Shown here: positions 29,607-39,565 of the stretch, in pieces
Layout: each line of letters starts with the position of its first letter
How positions within the stretch are numbered: position 1 is the first letter of the stretch
Source: an uncultured Atopobium sp.
GTDB taxonomy: Bacteria > Actinomycetota > Coriobacteriia > Coriobacteriales > Atopobiaceae
DNA length: 64,000 nt
Assembly (NCBI GenBank): GCA_938045565.1
Contig: CALIAZ010000003.1
Coordinates: forward strand, 82,805 to 146,804
Direction: 5' to 3'
Notes under the pieces: model-generated
Database searches by the model: none
What the model was told of the DNA's origin: nothing
Seen by the model: only the letters and a program-made list of their open reading frames with translations
Position numbers and translations under genes: made by a program

Positions 29607-31646
29607 TTACCTCACCTCCTTTTGAGAACGCTCAAGGTAAGGCACAAGACCATGCTCCTTCAGATACTCATCAGGCAGCTCGGAGAAACGATGGTGCTTA
29701 CCAGAAATCTCCTTGATAACAGGGTGAACCTCAAGACCCAAGTCTGGGTGGCTTGAACGAGGAGCAAACCTATCGCCTGTTGGGAAGTCCTCTGGAGAAG
29801 GAACAGAACCTGGTACCTGGTGAAGCCTGGTACCGTCCTGAGCGCCTTCCTCAATGGAAAGAACAGAGCCGAGAAGACCGCGGGTGTACTCGTGAACAGG
29901 ATTGGTCAGAAGTTCAGTAGTAGCTGCCTGCTCAATAACTTGGCCGGCGTACATAACGGTAATCTCAGAAGCAACCTCTGCAACAAGTGCAAGGTCGTGG
30001 CTTACAAAGATCATTGCAAAGCCAAGACGACGCTGAAGGTCATTTAAGAGCTTGATAACCTGCTTCTGAACAGTAACGTCCAGAGCGGTTGTTGGCTCGT
30101 CGCAGATAACCAGTGAAGGATCGCGGGTAAGTGCCATAGCAATCAGAACACGCTGGCGCTGACCACCAGAAAGCTCGTGTGGATATGACTCAAGCGTACG
30201 CTTTGGATCCAGGCCTACAAGCTCCAGAAGCTCCTCTGCGGAACGTGTGCCTCCCCTGCTGGTGAGCTGCTTCATCTGAGAAGAGATAAGCATGGAAGGG
30301 TTCAAGGAAGACAAAGCATCCTGGTAGACCATGGCAAGCTCGTGACCAAGCAGCTTACGGTGCTCTTCTTTGGAGAGCTTCAGAAGGTCTTGGTCTTTAT
30401 AGAGAACCTCGCCAGTAATGGTTTCCTTTGGATCAGTCAGACCCATGATGACCTTGGTGGTAATTGACTTGCCGCAGCCAGACTCGCCAACCAGTGCCAT
30501 GCACTGACCAGGACGAACATCAAAGCTTACATGGTCAACAACCTTAACGTCTCCGTGAGACTCAAAGCTAATGCACAGGTCTTTAACACTGAGCAATGGC
30601 TTTACGTCAAAGTCTGGCTTACGTCTGTCTGTTCTGGACAGCTCAACCTCTTTAAGTGCATTAAGCCTGCGCTCCAGAGACTCTGCCTGCTCTGCATACG
30701 CACGAACTGGATCAGATGCCAAGATGTCATCTGCACGCCTGGAGTCAGAGTTCTCTGTATCAACAGGAGCACCAGGTGCTGCTGCCATAGCGTCAGTAAG
30801 GCCCTCGGAAAGGATATTCAATGCCAGGCAGGTCATCATAATAGCCAAGCCTGGGAAGAATGCCTGCCACCAACGGCCAGCAAGAACGCCAGCACGAGCA
30901 TCAGCCAGGATGTTACCCCATGTAGGAGTTGGCTCTGCAATACCTGCACCAATGAAGGTCAAAGATGCCTCAAAGATGATTGCGTCTGCAACAAGCGTAA
31001 CGGTAAAGACCATGATTGGAGCAATGCAGTTACGAAGAACGTGCTTCCACAGAATCCAAGGAGCACGTGCACCAGAGACAATGGTTGCCCTTACGTAATC
31101 CTCGCCGTACTCGCTTACGATGTTTGCACGAACAATACGCGCAATCTGTGGCGTGTACATAAAGCCAATGGCAAAGATGATTGAAGGAACGCTGTTACCA
31201 AGAATAGAAACAAAGACTGCTGCAAGAGCAATGCCTGGGAACGACATGATGATGTCGAGCACACGCATGATGACCTCAGAGACAGCCTTTCTAGAAACAG
31301 CTGCAATTGCACCAATAATTGAGCCACATAGCAGCGCCATACCCGTAGCGCCAAAACCAATGACCAGTGAATACTGACCACCATGGAGCATACGAGAAAG
31401 AATGTCGCGGCCCTTATCGTCAGTACCAAAAATGAATCCATTGCCTGGAGCCTGACGAGCGTTGAAAATCTCAAGTGGATTATGTGGAGCAATAAAGTTT
31501 GCAAAGACAGAAGCAAGAACAACAAAGACAAGAATGACAAGAGCAATCTTGGAAGCTGTCTTCATCTTCTTAAAGCCACCAAAGGTTGAGCCCTTTGCTG
31601 CAGCTTCTTCGAGCTTCTCGACTTGTTTTTTTCTAATTTGTACCAT
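29607..31646 (-). CDS. Fused ABC permease-ATPase (SatC-like)
   Basis: N-terminal FGTDDKGRD/EDYVRA permease and C-terminal [16 protein letters not shown] ATPase. Confidence 0.93.
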   Translation of the reverse strand: MVQIRKKQVEKLEEAAAKGSTFGGFKKMKTASKIALVILVFVVLASVFANFIAPHNPLEIFNARQAPGNGFIFGTDDKGRDILSRMLHGGQYSLVIGFGATGMALLCGSIIGAIAAVSRKAVSEVIMRVLDIIMSFPGIALAAVFVSILGNSVPSIIFAIGFMYTPQIARIVRANIVSEYGEDYVRATIVSGARAPWILWKHVLRNCIAPIMVFTVTLVADAIIFEASLTFIGAGIAEPTPTWGNILADARAGVLAGRWWQAFFPGLAIMMTCLALNILSEGLTDAMAAAPGAPVDTENSDSRRADDILASDPVRAYAEQAESLERRLNALKEVELSRTDRRKPDFDVKPLLSVKDLCISFESHGDVKVVDHVSFDVRPGQCMALVGESGCGKSITTKVIMGLTDPKETITGEVLYKDQDLLKLSKEEHRKLLGHELAMVYQDALSSLNPSMLISSQMKQLTSRGGTRSAEELLELVGLDPKRTLESYPHELSGGQRQRVLIAMALTRDPSLVICDEPTTALDVTVQKQVIKLLNDLQRRLGFAMIFVSHDLALVAEVASEITVMYAGQVIEQAATTELLTNPVHEYTRGLLGSVLSIEEGAQDGTRLHQVPGSVPSPEDFPTGDRFAPRSSHPDLGLEVHPVIKEISGKHHRFSELPDEYLKEHGLVPYLERSQKEVR

Positions 31647-31650
31647 CGCA

Positions 31651-32607
31651 CTACACCGTCCTAATGCGTGGGTTAATCAAGATGTACAACATATCAACAA
31701 CAATGTTGATGATGATAAAGGACAGTGCAACGACAACAACAACGCCCTGAACAAGCATTGCCTCGTTACCCTGGATGCCCTCGAGAATAGCGGTACCCAT
31801 GCCAGGGAGGTTAAAAATAACCTCGATAACAACGGCGCCGCCCATGAGGTAACCAATCTTGAGGCCAAGTGTGGTTACAGGGGTAATAAGAGCGTTGCGT
31901 AGTACGTTTCTTGCGATGACGATTCTCTCTGGAATACCAGCACCGCGAGCAGTACGGACATAGTCCTTATCCAGCTCCTCGACCATTGCGGTACGAACAA
32001 TACGGGTCATCTGACCAGACATTGGAACCGCAAGTGCAAATGCCGGCATAATCATACGGGCAAGGTAGCCGCCAAGATTTACCGTAGGATCTGGCAGTGC
32101 TCCAGAGGCAGGCAAAAGCTTGAGTGTAGACGCAAAGACCAGAATCAAAAGAACTGCCAACCAGAATGATGGCGTTGCAAGACCGGCAATTGAGAATACG
32201 CGGATGATTTGATCGGGCCATTGGTCTCTATAGAGAGCTGCAATAACGCCTAACGTAAACGAAACTATTGCACCAATAAAGAGACCCATAAAGGTCAACT
32301 GCATAGTTACAGGTAGAGCCTTTGAAATTCTTGCAGCAACTGAATAGTGAGAAGTGCCGTAGGTACCCAGGTTTCCATGAGCAACATCACCGATATAGCG
32401 TACATATCTCACAGGCCATGGATCATCAAGACCATTCTCAATGTGATACTGCTGGATAGCTTCTGCAGAAGCAGACTCTCCCAAGGCATTGTATGCAGGA
32501 TCAACATGCGAGAAAGACATTAGGAAGAATACGAGAAAGGTGACGCCTAGAGCCATAATCGGCAGCGCAATAAGACGGCGTCCGATAAGACGTAATAGGT
32601 TGTTCAC
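31651..32607 (-). CDS. ABC permease (SatB/OppB-like)
   Basis: TPSFWLA, DYVRTARGAG, NPRIR. Confidence 0.93.
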   Translation of the reverse strand: MNNLLRLIGRRLIALPIMALGVTFLVFFLMSFSHVDPAYNALGESASAEAIQQYHIENGLDDPWPVRYVRYIGDVAHGNLGTYGTSHYSVAARISKALPVTMQLTFMGLFIGAIVSFTLGVIAALYRDQWPDQIIRVFSIAGLATPSFWLAVLLILVFASTLKLLPASGALPDPTVNLGGYLARMIMPAFALAVPMSGQMTRIVRTAMVEELDKDYVRTARGAGIPERIVIARNVLRNALITPVTTLGLKIGYLMGGAVVIEVIFNLPGMGTAILEGIQGNEAMLVQGVVVVVALSFIIINIVVDMLYILINPRIRTV

Positions 32608-32693
32608 TATCTCCCCCTCTCTCTTTAAAACAAACCGTACAAATAAAATTTGATGAGACTTTGATCATCTCAGGACTAAATTTTGCGCACAAG

Positions 32694-32724
32694 AGCCCGA
32701 GCGTTATAGGTAAAACGCTCGGGC
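32694..32724. terminator. Stem-loop between the SBP and permease genes
   Basis: GCCCGAGCGTT...AACGCTCGGGC; typical of SBP-stabilising or attenuating hairpins. Confidence 0.65.
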
Positions 32725-32762
32725 CCCAATGTATGAGATGCTAAGCGCGTGATGGCAACAAA

Positions 32763-34364
32763 TTAGCTAGCAGTAACTGTGTTGACATCAATGAAGGACA
32801 AACCGGTAGTTCCGATACCCTTGAAGCCCTTGAGAGCAACGCCGTTGCTGTTTGGCTTCTCGCTCCAGGAAGCGGTGAAGGTCTTAGCAAAGAGAACTGG
32901 GTACAGAGGTACGTTCTCAGCGATGATGTCGAAGCACTCGTTCCAAGTGGACTGCTGATCAGCACCGGACTGGCCAAGAGCCTTGGTCATGAGCTCGTGG
33001 AGCTTAGTCCACTCAGCGGACTCCTTCCATGGGCAACGCTTGGTCATCCAGACGTTATCGCCATACCACCAGTTGAGCAGCAGGTCGACGTCTGCACCGA
33101 AGCAGGAAGGATCGCCAGGGGCAAGCAGGATGTCCCAAGAACCATCAGCTGCGTCGATTGCAGCATAGGTTGCTGGAGAAGTATCGGAAACGATGCTTAC
33201 GTTAAAGCCAAGTGCGTCGAGGTCGTTCTTGACCTGAGTTGCCATGGACTTAACCTGCTCGTTATCGGTGGTGCGGAGAACAACATCACCAGGAGTGATG
33301 CCAGACTCAGAAATGAGCTTCTTAGCCTTATCAACATCGTGTGCATAGACAGTGGATGCCTTGTGATAGTTAGCAAAGGAAGAAGGAAGGTAGCTGGTAG
33401 CAACCTCAGCCTGACCAGAGAATGCGTTTGCAAGCATCTTGTCTGTATCAAGTGCATAGAGGCATGCCTGGCGAACCTTAACGTTGTCCCAAGGAGCCTT
33501 GCCAAGGTTGAACATTGCAAAGCGGACACCAAAGCCCTGGACAGCGTCAACGGTGCAGCCTGCGCCCTTGAGCTGCTCTACAGCGTCTGCAGGAACCATT
33601 TCCATAGCAAGGGTGGTTCCGTCCTGCTGAGCGGTCAGACGAGCGGTTGGATCCTTAAGGACGTCATAGTGGAGCTTATCGTCCTTAGCAGGAGTTGCGC
33701 CGTTGTAGTTTTTGTTTGGAACAAGGTCAAGAGTATTGTCAGAGATGGACTCAAACTGCCATGGACCAGAACCAACTGGCTGCTTCTTCATCTCATCCTG
33801 GGAGCTGCTTGCTGGAACAACGCGAACGATGGACAGACGCTCCTTGAGGAGGGAGAAGTTGGCAATAGTGGTCTTAACGGTGACAGTCTTGTCATCCTTC
33901 TTCTCTACGGAAGCAATTGGAGCGAGCATTGGGACGTAGACGCTACCCTTAGCAGCGGAACGGTTGAAGGACTCAACAACGTCATCTGCCTTTACTTCGT
34001 TACCATCAGAGAACTTTGCACCGTCACGGAGGGTAATCTCAAAGGTGTAATCGTCTACCTTCTTTGGATCAGCAGTAGCAAGCTCATTAAAGGTAGAGTA
34101 GTCATGGAAGTTAAGACCGTAGAGGCCCTCAACTACCTGCCAGTTAACACCAAGAGCAAGTGCTGATGAAGTAGTAGATGGATCATAGTTCTGGGTTGAA
34201 TAAGCGGTACCAGCAGTAATTGTGCCGCCGCCTTCCTTTCCAGATGGAGCTTCAGCTGCCTTCTGCTGTCCGCCACCGCAAGCGGTGAGACCAAGGCCAG
34301 CTGCTACAGTTGCTCCGCCAAGGAAGCCGCGACGCGAAAGTGGACGGTTAATAAACTCGCTCAT
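32763..34364 (-). CDS. Family-5 ABC substrate-binding lipoprotein, probably sialic acid (SatA-like)
   Basis: SRRGFL twin-Arg signal, LTAC lipobox, LRDGAKFSDG, GSGPW; first gene of the nan cluster. Confidence 0.88.
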   Translation of the reverse strand: MSEFINRPLSRRGFLGGATVAAGLGLTACGGGQQKAAEAPSGKEGGGTITAGTAYSTQNYDPSTTSSALALGVNWQVVEGLYGLNFHDYSTFNELATADPKKVDDYTFEITLRDGAKFSDGNEVKADDVVESFNRSAAKGSVYVPMLAPIASVEKKDDKTVTVKTTIANFSLLKERLSIVRVVPASSSQDEMKKQPVGSGPWQFESISDNTLDLVPNKNYNGATPAKDDKLHYDVLKDPTARLTAQQDGTTLAMEMVPADAVEQLKGAGCTVDAVQGFGVRFAMFNLGKAPWDNVKVRQACLYALDTDKMLANAFSGQAEVATSYLPSSFANYHKASTVYAHDVDKAKKLISESGITPGDVVLRTTDNEQVKSMATQVKNDLDALGFNVSIVSDTSPATYAAIDAADGSWDILLAPGDPSCFGADVDLLLNWWYGDNVWMTKRCPWKESAEWTKLHELMTKALGQSGADQQSTWNECFDIIAENVPLYPVLFAKTFTASWSEKPNSNGVALKGFKGIGTTGLSFIDVNTVTAS

Positions 34365-34728
34365 TTCTGCCTCTTTCTAAAAACTCTCCTTGCCACAACG
34401 TGGCACCAATGCCACTTGTGTGGCTTACATCTACATAACTATATGAAGAAAAGATATTTGTTCTGAAGACAGTTCGCCCAACGGTATTAATTTCTCGCTT
34501 ATTGGCTGCTCAAAATATGAAAACGTGTTTTGTTGTATTATTTACGTCATATAAATCTTAATAGCAGCTAAGAAGGCCCGCAGTTAGCGGGCTTTACTAT
34601 TATTTTACCTTGTATAATATATAAATTATTTAACTAACTACATAAGTAGTAAGCAAAGTCAACTACCGTTTACCGATGTTTTACTACCGTTTACCTTTAG
34701 AAATTACGGATATGTTGTGAAGATTAAA

Positions 34729-34759
34729 CAAGAGTCAGCCCAAAATGAACTGACTCTTG
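34729..34759. terminator. Hairpin downstream of the orphan gene
   Basis: CAAGAGTCAG...CTGACTCTTG. Confidence 0.65.
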
Positions 34760-34786
34760 CGTTAGAACAGCAAAAACGCTTCGAAA

Positions 34787-35434
34787 TTACTTAACTAAAT
34801 CTACAACACGCTCAGGGTTCGCCATAAAGTCCAAGTGTTCTTCCCCTAAATGAGATTCAATTATCTCTGATACTTGCTCGTCATGTTTTTCGATGTGAAA
34901 ATTTCCATCTGCTGGGCTATAACGTCCTAAATAACCATCAGCTAGGTACGGTGGCGGCCATCCACTTAACCCTACGCCACAAAAATTTCTAACTAGGCAT
35001 CTATAATTTCTTTTATGCATTTCTTGTAGCAGTCCAGCGTTCCTTGTTTGAATCCACATTTTTGGAGTTCCAAAATAAGACCCAATGGCAAATAGCCCCA
35101 AATCTTGCTCAACAGTTCCAATAAGAACTCCATGGGAACTTATTGTCCAATAGAGCGTTATGTTCATTACTACTGGACCAGCTTTACTAACGCCCAAAAA
35201 CGGACCAGAGATAGTAGCGGTCTCTAAGTCAATATTTTCTGCGGATCCAAAATCAGACTTAAGACCATTTCTCTTATTCTCATATTGTTGCTCAACATAC
35301 TGAGCTGCCTGCTTTTTTAATTCTGGCAGCCTCATAGTATTCAGTTTGAAAAACCAGTTATTTATCAGCAAACCACAAACAACAAGAACTACCAATAATG
35401 ACAGACCTTTTATAAACCTTTTTCTACGCTTCAT
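34787..35434 (-). CDS. Hypothetical membrane-anchored protein, AT-rich
   Basis: Basic N-terminus plus one TM; GAGGTG RBS; no family recognised. Confidence 0.7.
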   Translation of the reverse strand: MKRRKRFIKGLSLLVVLVVCGLLINNWFFKLNTMRLPELKKQAAQYVEQQYENKRNGLKSDFGSAENIDLETATISGPFLGVSKAGPVVMNITLYWTISSHGVLIGTVEQDLGLFAIGSYFGTPKMWIQTRNAGLLQEMHKRNYRCLVRNFCGVGLSGWPPPYLADGYLGRYSPADGNFHIEKHDEQVSEIIESHLGEEHLDFMANPERVVDLVK

Positions 35435-35645
35435 CTGCTGTCACCTCATTAGAGCTGCTTGTCGCAATTGACATAAGAATAACGACTAGATAGCTCTAAT
35501 AATATTCTGTTCGAGTATGCTTTAACAGCTAATCTGTCGGCCAATGGCTATATTTCAGCGTTGAATGAGAAAAAAATAAGAATGGCATAACAACACTTCA
35601 TAGCTGCCATTCTTATTACAAATAACTCTATTGTTTGATTTGGTT

Positions 35646-35879
35646 TTACAAATTGTGCTTCTTCATCCTTTGCTCAAAGAGCTCGTTGATAATCTTTGAC
35701 ATCTCTTCAACTTGTTGAGCACTAGGTTCATCCTCAAATGTAGCGTATAGCTCTGGATGCTCCCGAGCAATATACTCACAAGACTTTCCCGTTGCGTGAC
35801 CACGGATAAAGAATGGAATACGTTTCATGTACTCAGGATTTACCAGTGCCAAGATCTTCTCGTCTGCTGTTTTACTCAT
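35646..35879 (-). CDS. Small hypothetical protein (77 aa) coupled to uvrC
   Basis: ATG 35879 overlaps the end of uvrC and is preceded by GGAGG. Confidence 0.7.
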   Translation of the reverse strand: MSKTADEKILALVNPEYMKRIPFFIRGHATGKSCEYIAREHPELYATFEDEPSAQQVEEMSKIINELFEQRMKKHNL

Positions 35880-37929
35880 GAGTTCCTCCCCTTGCATCTA
35901 ACTTCTCATGTACAGTCGTGGAAGATTCTTCCCAAGCTTTGAGTTCTTCATAAATAGTTTCTGCCAAGTTCACAGAAACACCTTTTACCTGAGAGATGTC
36001 CTCAATACTTGCAGCCTTTAAGCGCTTAAAAGAGCCAAAATGGCGCATGATATCTTTTTTACGTTTAGGTCCTACACCAGGGATTTCGTCCAGAATAGAG
36101 ACGGTCATTGCCTTATCTCTAAGCTCACGATGGAAGGTAATCGCAAAACGGTGAGATTCATCACGAACTTGCTTAATGAGATACAGGGAAGCTGACCCTG
36201 TAGGTAACACAATTGGCGTGTCGTCCCAAGGTACAAAGACTTCCTCATCAGACTTAGCAAGGCCGCAGACAGGAATATCCAACCCCAGTTCATTAAGCTG
36301 ATTGATTGCAGCAGTCAGCTGAGGTTTGCCGCCATCAACTACCAGCAAATCAGGTCGTGAGCCAAAGTGTTCATCTGCCATACGCTCCGGACTGTACCTT
36401 CTGCCCAGGACTTCTGTCATTGAGACAAAGTCGTTTGCTTCATCAAGCTCCGCGCGAATCTTAAAGCGGCGATACTGGCTTTTATCAGCCTTTCCATTAG
36501 TAAAGACCACCATCGAGGCAACGGTAAAGTTACCGTGAAGCGTAGAAATATCAAAGCACTCAATGCGCAGCGGTGGTGCATCAAGCGCAAGTGCGCTTTC
36601 CAGCTGAAGAAGTGCCTGGTTAGTGCGGTCATCAGCATAACCCGTGCGAATCATGTGGCGCATCAGCGCATGGCGAGCGTTAGCAGAAGCCATCTGAAGA
36701 AGACGGAACTTCTCGCCACGTTGTGGGTGGTGAAGCACGCAGTTGTGGCCTCGTTTTTGCGTCAGCCACTCAGACAAAACCTCTGCATCGAGAAGATCGA
36801 TGGGCAGGTTAACCTCTGCGGGAATGTCAGCAGTTTCGTCGTAGTAGCGCTTCAAGAAGCCCGAGACCAGCTCTTCCTCGGAAACGTCTAAGCCTTTGTC
36901 CAGGATAAACTCAACCGAGCGGATGGTACGACCTTCTCGCACAACAAAAACGCAGGCGGCGGAGATAGTTTCTTCTCGGTAAATGCCAATGAGGTCAATG
37001 TTTACCGAGGTAGGAAACGTGACTTGCTGGCGATCATCAAGATCAGAGAGTGAAGTCAGACGTGACTTGAGCCTGGCCGCTTTCTCAAAATCCAGGTCAG
37101 CAGCGGCTTCTTGCATCTGGTCTTTGAGCTCAGAAACAATCTCGGAACGATTTCCGCGGAGGAAGTTCTCTACCTGCCTGACGTTCTTTGCATAGGAAAC
37201 AGTATCAATAGTGCCAACGCACACACCAGGACCCTTGCCTACGTGGTAATCAAAGCAGGGACGTCCCTTCTTTGCCAACAGCAGGTTGGCAACAGCCGCG
37301 CCATCAGGGTCTTTTTCGAGCAGGCGCTTGGCACGCTTCCACTCCACGCACGTAGCAGAGCAGATAGGCACTACTTTTCTGAGCATCTCGATAGTCTGAC
37401 GAGCAGCGTAAGAATCAGTGTAGGGACCAAAATAGCGCGTACCCTTCTTGTGTTTCTCGCGCGTGTATTTAATTGCTGGGAAGGTATCCGACTCGGTAAT
37501 AGCAATGTAGGGATAGCTCTTATCGTCTTTAAAGTCCACGTTGAAGTATGGACGATACTGTGCAATAAGATTGCGCTCCAACACCAGTGCCTCGTGCTCG
37601 TTTTCTACCACAATGTAGTCAAAACTACGCACGACCTGCATCATCAGAGGAATCTTGGCGCGGTCGTCTTGAAGCGTGACGTACTGCCTCATGCGAGCGC
37701 GCAGGTTTTTAGCCTTGCCTACATAGATAACCTTGCCAGATCCATCTTTCCAGAGATAACAACCTGGATCTGTGGGGACCTGATCAACCTGCTCTCTAAT
37801 GGACACCAGGTCATCTGAGGGTTCAGAAGAAAACGACGGCGCAAGTCCCGGCGCACCCGAAGGCACGTAGTTGGGATCAAAGTTATTCTGAGAGCTATCT
37901 TTACCGCTTTTTGCGCCGCTTCTGGCCAT
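35872..37929 (-). CDS. uvrC: Excinuclease ABC subunit C
   Basis: PGCY...IYVGKAKNLR GIY-YIG, RIECFDIS, VDGGKPQ, RDESHRFA, HhH GVGPKR. Confidence 0.98.
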   Translation of the reverse strand: MARSGAKSGKDSSQNNFDPNYVPSGAPGLAPSFSSEPSDDLVSIREQVDQVPTDPGCYLWKDGSGKVIYVGKAKNLRARMRQYVTLQDDRAKIPLMMQVVRSFDYIVVENEHEALVLERNLIAQYRPYFNVDFKDDKSYPYIAITESDTFPAIKYTREKHKKGTRYFGPYTDSYAARQTIEMLRKVVPICSATCVEWKRAKRLLEKDPDGAAVANLLLAKKGRPCFDYHVGKGPGVCVGTIDTVSYAKNVRQVENFLRGNRSEIVSELKDQMQEAAADLDFEKAARLKSRLTSLSDLDDRQQVTFPTSVNIDLIGIYREETISAACVFVVREGRTIRSVEFILDKGLDVSEEELVSGFLKRYYDETADIPAEVNLPIDLLDAEVLSEWLTQKRGHNCVLHHPQRGEKFRLLQMASANARHALMRHMIRTGYADDRTNQALLQLESALALDAPPLRIECFDISTLHGNFTVASMVVFTNGKADKSQYRRFKIRAELDEANDFVSMTEVLGRRYSPERMADEHFGSRPDLLVVDGGKPQLTAAINQLNELGLDIPVCGLAKSDEEVFVPWDDTPIVLPTGSASLYLIKQVRDESHRFAITFHRELRDKAMTVSILDEIPGVGPKRKKDIMRHFGSFKRLKAASIEDISQVKGVSVNLAETIYEELKAWEESSTTVHEKLDARGGTHE

Positions 37930-37930
37930 A

Positions 37931-39565
37931 CTATGACCTTACGCGAGAAACCAGTGAACGAAGCATTGCGGACTCTGGTGATTTAAAGAGAATTGCCAAG
38001 CCATAGGTAACCAAAACAGCTGGAATACCTGCAAAGATACAATACAGCACGCCGTAAAGCGCTCGTCCATCTGGTACACCAATAACTGCACGTAGACCCA
38101 CCATAATCAGAAGTGCCGCTGCCGATCCTGCTAGACCAAAAAGAATTGAACGAACAAAAGCAAACACCATGGACTTCAGTCCAATCTGACCAAGGTGCTT
38201 ACGCAGGCTAATCAACATAATGGTGTCAATGACCACATAGAAGATGGCAGAGGTAGTTGCTACAAACATCATGCCAAAATGAGAAGTACCCACTAACAGT
38301 ATCAAGACCTGCACAACAGATCCCAATGTTGCCGAGACAGCATAGAGTGTCATGCGTCGCATGGCTGAGCAGACTTTTTGAAGGTACATGCCAATACCAT
38401 ACAAAGGCAAAGCAAGAGACTGACCAATCAAAAACTGCTGAGTTAACAGCATCTGATCTTCTGTAAACTTACTTGCTCCAATAATAGAAACAAGCGGCAT
38501 CGAGAAAATCATCAAATACATCATGAACGGCACAGTAAAGAATAGAATCTGATTGATACCGTGCTTGAGATCCTTTTTAAACTGATCCATATTCTCTTTT
38601 GCCCAGCTATCAGACAGCTCGGTAAAGAGTGCTGTGGTAATAGGTACTGTCAAAATGGAATATGGCAACGTGTACCAAAGACGAGCGTATGCCGCAATGG
38701 ATGCACCAGATGCAGAAACGCTAAGCTGAGAGCTTGTCTGAACTGACATAGTCACAAAAGTAGCAACCACAACAATCAGAGCAGGCGCACCGATCTTAAG
38801 CGTCTCTTTGAGTGCGGGATCTTTAAGGTTAATCCTCCACGAGAGCTTAATCCCCTTGCGCTTAAGTGACGGAACCTGAATCAGAACCTGAATCAATACA
38901 CCCAGCGGATTTCCCAATGCAAGAATCAAAAGACCCAGCTCAGGGTTAGTGTTAACCAAGAAAGCATACGCAAAGAACGATGCTGTAGTCACAAAGTTAT
39001 TAAAAATAGGAGCCGCGGCTGGCCAGAGATAGTCTCGCTCTGCATTCAAAACACCCGAGAAAATGGTGGAGAAGCAGTACAGCATAACCTCGATGACAAA
39101 GAACCTGAAAAAGTACACCGCCAGCGTAGGATCAAAGTCAGTTCCTGCCGAGAAGGACTGTGTATACACCACTTCTGCGGCAAAGAAGAAGCCTAAGACA
39201 GCAACAAGTCCTGTTGCGACAACAACAATGGAAAGTAAGTTGGAGGTATAAGCGTTTGCCTCGTCTTGTCCAACCTTCTTTTTAATAGAGAGATATACTG
39301 GCAAAAATGCTGTGGTAAGCATGCCTGCACCAACAAGCTCATAGAGCTGGTCAGGAAGGGTGTTTGCAATGGAATAGCAGCTTGCAAGAACGGTTGCGCC
39401 CATAGCAAATGCCTGAGCCCAAGTTCTTAAAAAACCTGTGACACGACTAATTAAAACAAGCACACTCATCATGGAGGTAGAGCGGCTTAAGTCTTTCTGC
39501 TTAGAGGCATCCTCTTTATCAGGAGACTCTACTGGAAGTCGCATATGTTTGGGCTGATATGCCAC
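37931..39565 (-). CDS. murJ: Lipid II flippase MurJ (MviN)
   Basis: SRVTGFLR, ANTLP, AFLPVY, YARL.YTLP; many TMs. Confidence 0.88.
   Translation of the reverse strand: MAYQPKHMRLPVESPDKEDASKQKDLSRSTSMMSVLVLISRVTGFLRTWAQAFAMGATVLASCYSIANTLPDQLYELVGAGMLTTAFLPVYLSIKKKVGQDEANAYTSNLLSIVVVATGLVAVLGFFFAAEVVYTQSFSAGTDFDPTLAVYFFRFFVIEVMLYCFSTIFSGVLNAERDYLWPAAAPIFNNFVTTASFFAYAFLVNTNPELGLLILALGNPLGVLIQVLIQVPSLKRKGIKLSWRINLKDPALKETLKIGAPALIVVVATFVTMSVQTSSQLSVSASGASIAAYARLWYTLPYSILTVPITTALFTELSDSWAKENMDQFKKDLKHGINQILFFTVPFMMYLMIFSMPLVSIIGASKFTEDQMLLTQQFLIGQSLALPLYGIGMYLQKVCSAMRRMTLYAVSATLGSVVQVLILLVGTSHFGMMFVATTSAIFYVVIDTIMLISLRKHLGQIGLKSMVFAFVRSILFGLAGSAAALLIMVGLRAVIGVPDGRALYGVLYCIFAGIPAVLVTYGLAILFKSPESAMLRSLVSRVRS

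Noticed and set aside
32997..34166. Long antisense ORFs (389 aa here; also 19668-20675, 20993-21874, 25885-26769, 12281-13132, 8732-9664, 933-1550, 25-591)
   Set aside because: They mirror well-supported genes on the opposite strand. Biased codon usage suppresses antisense stops, and I saw no recognisable motifs in them.
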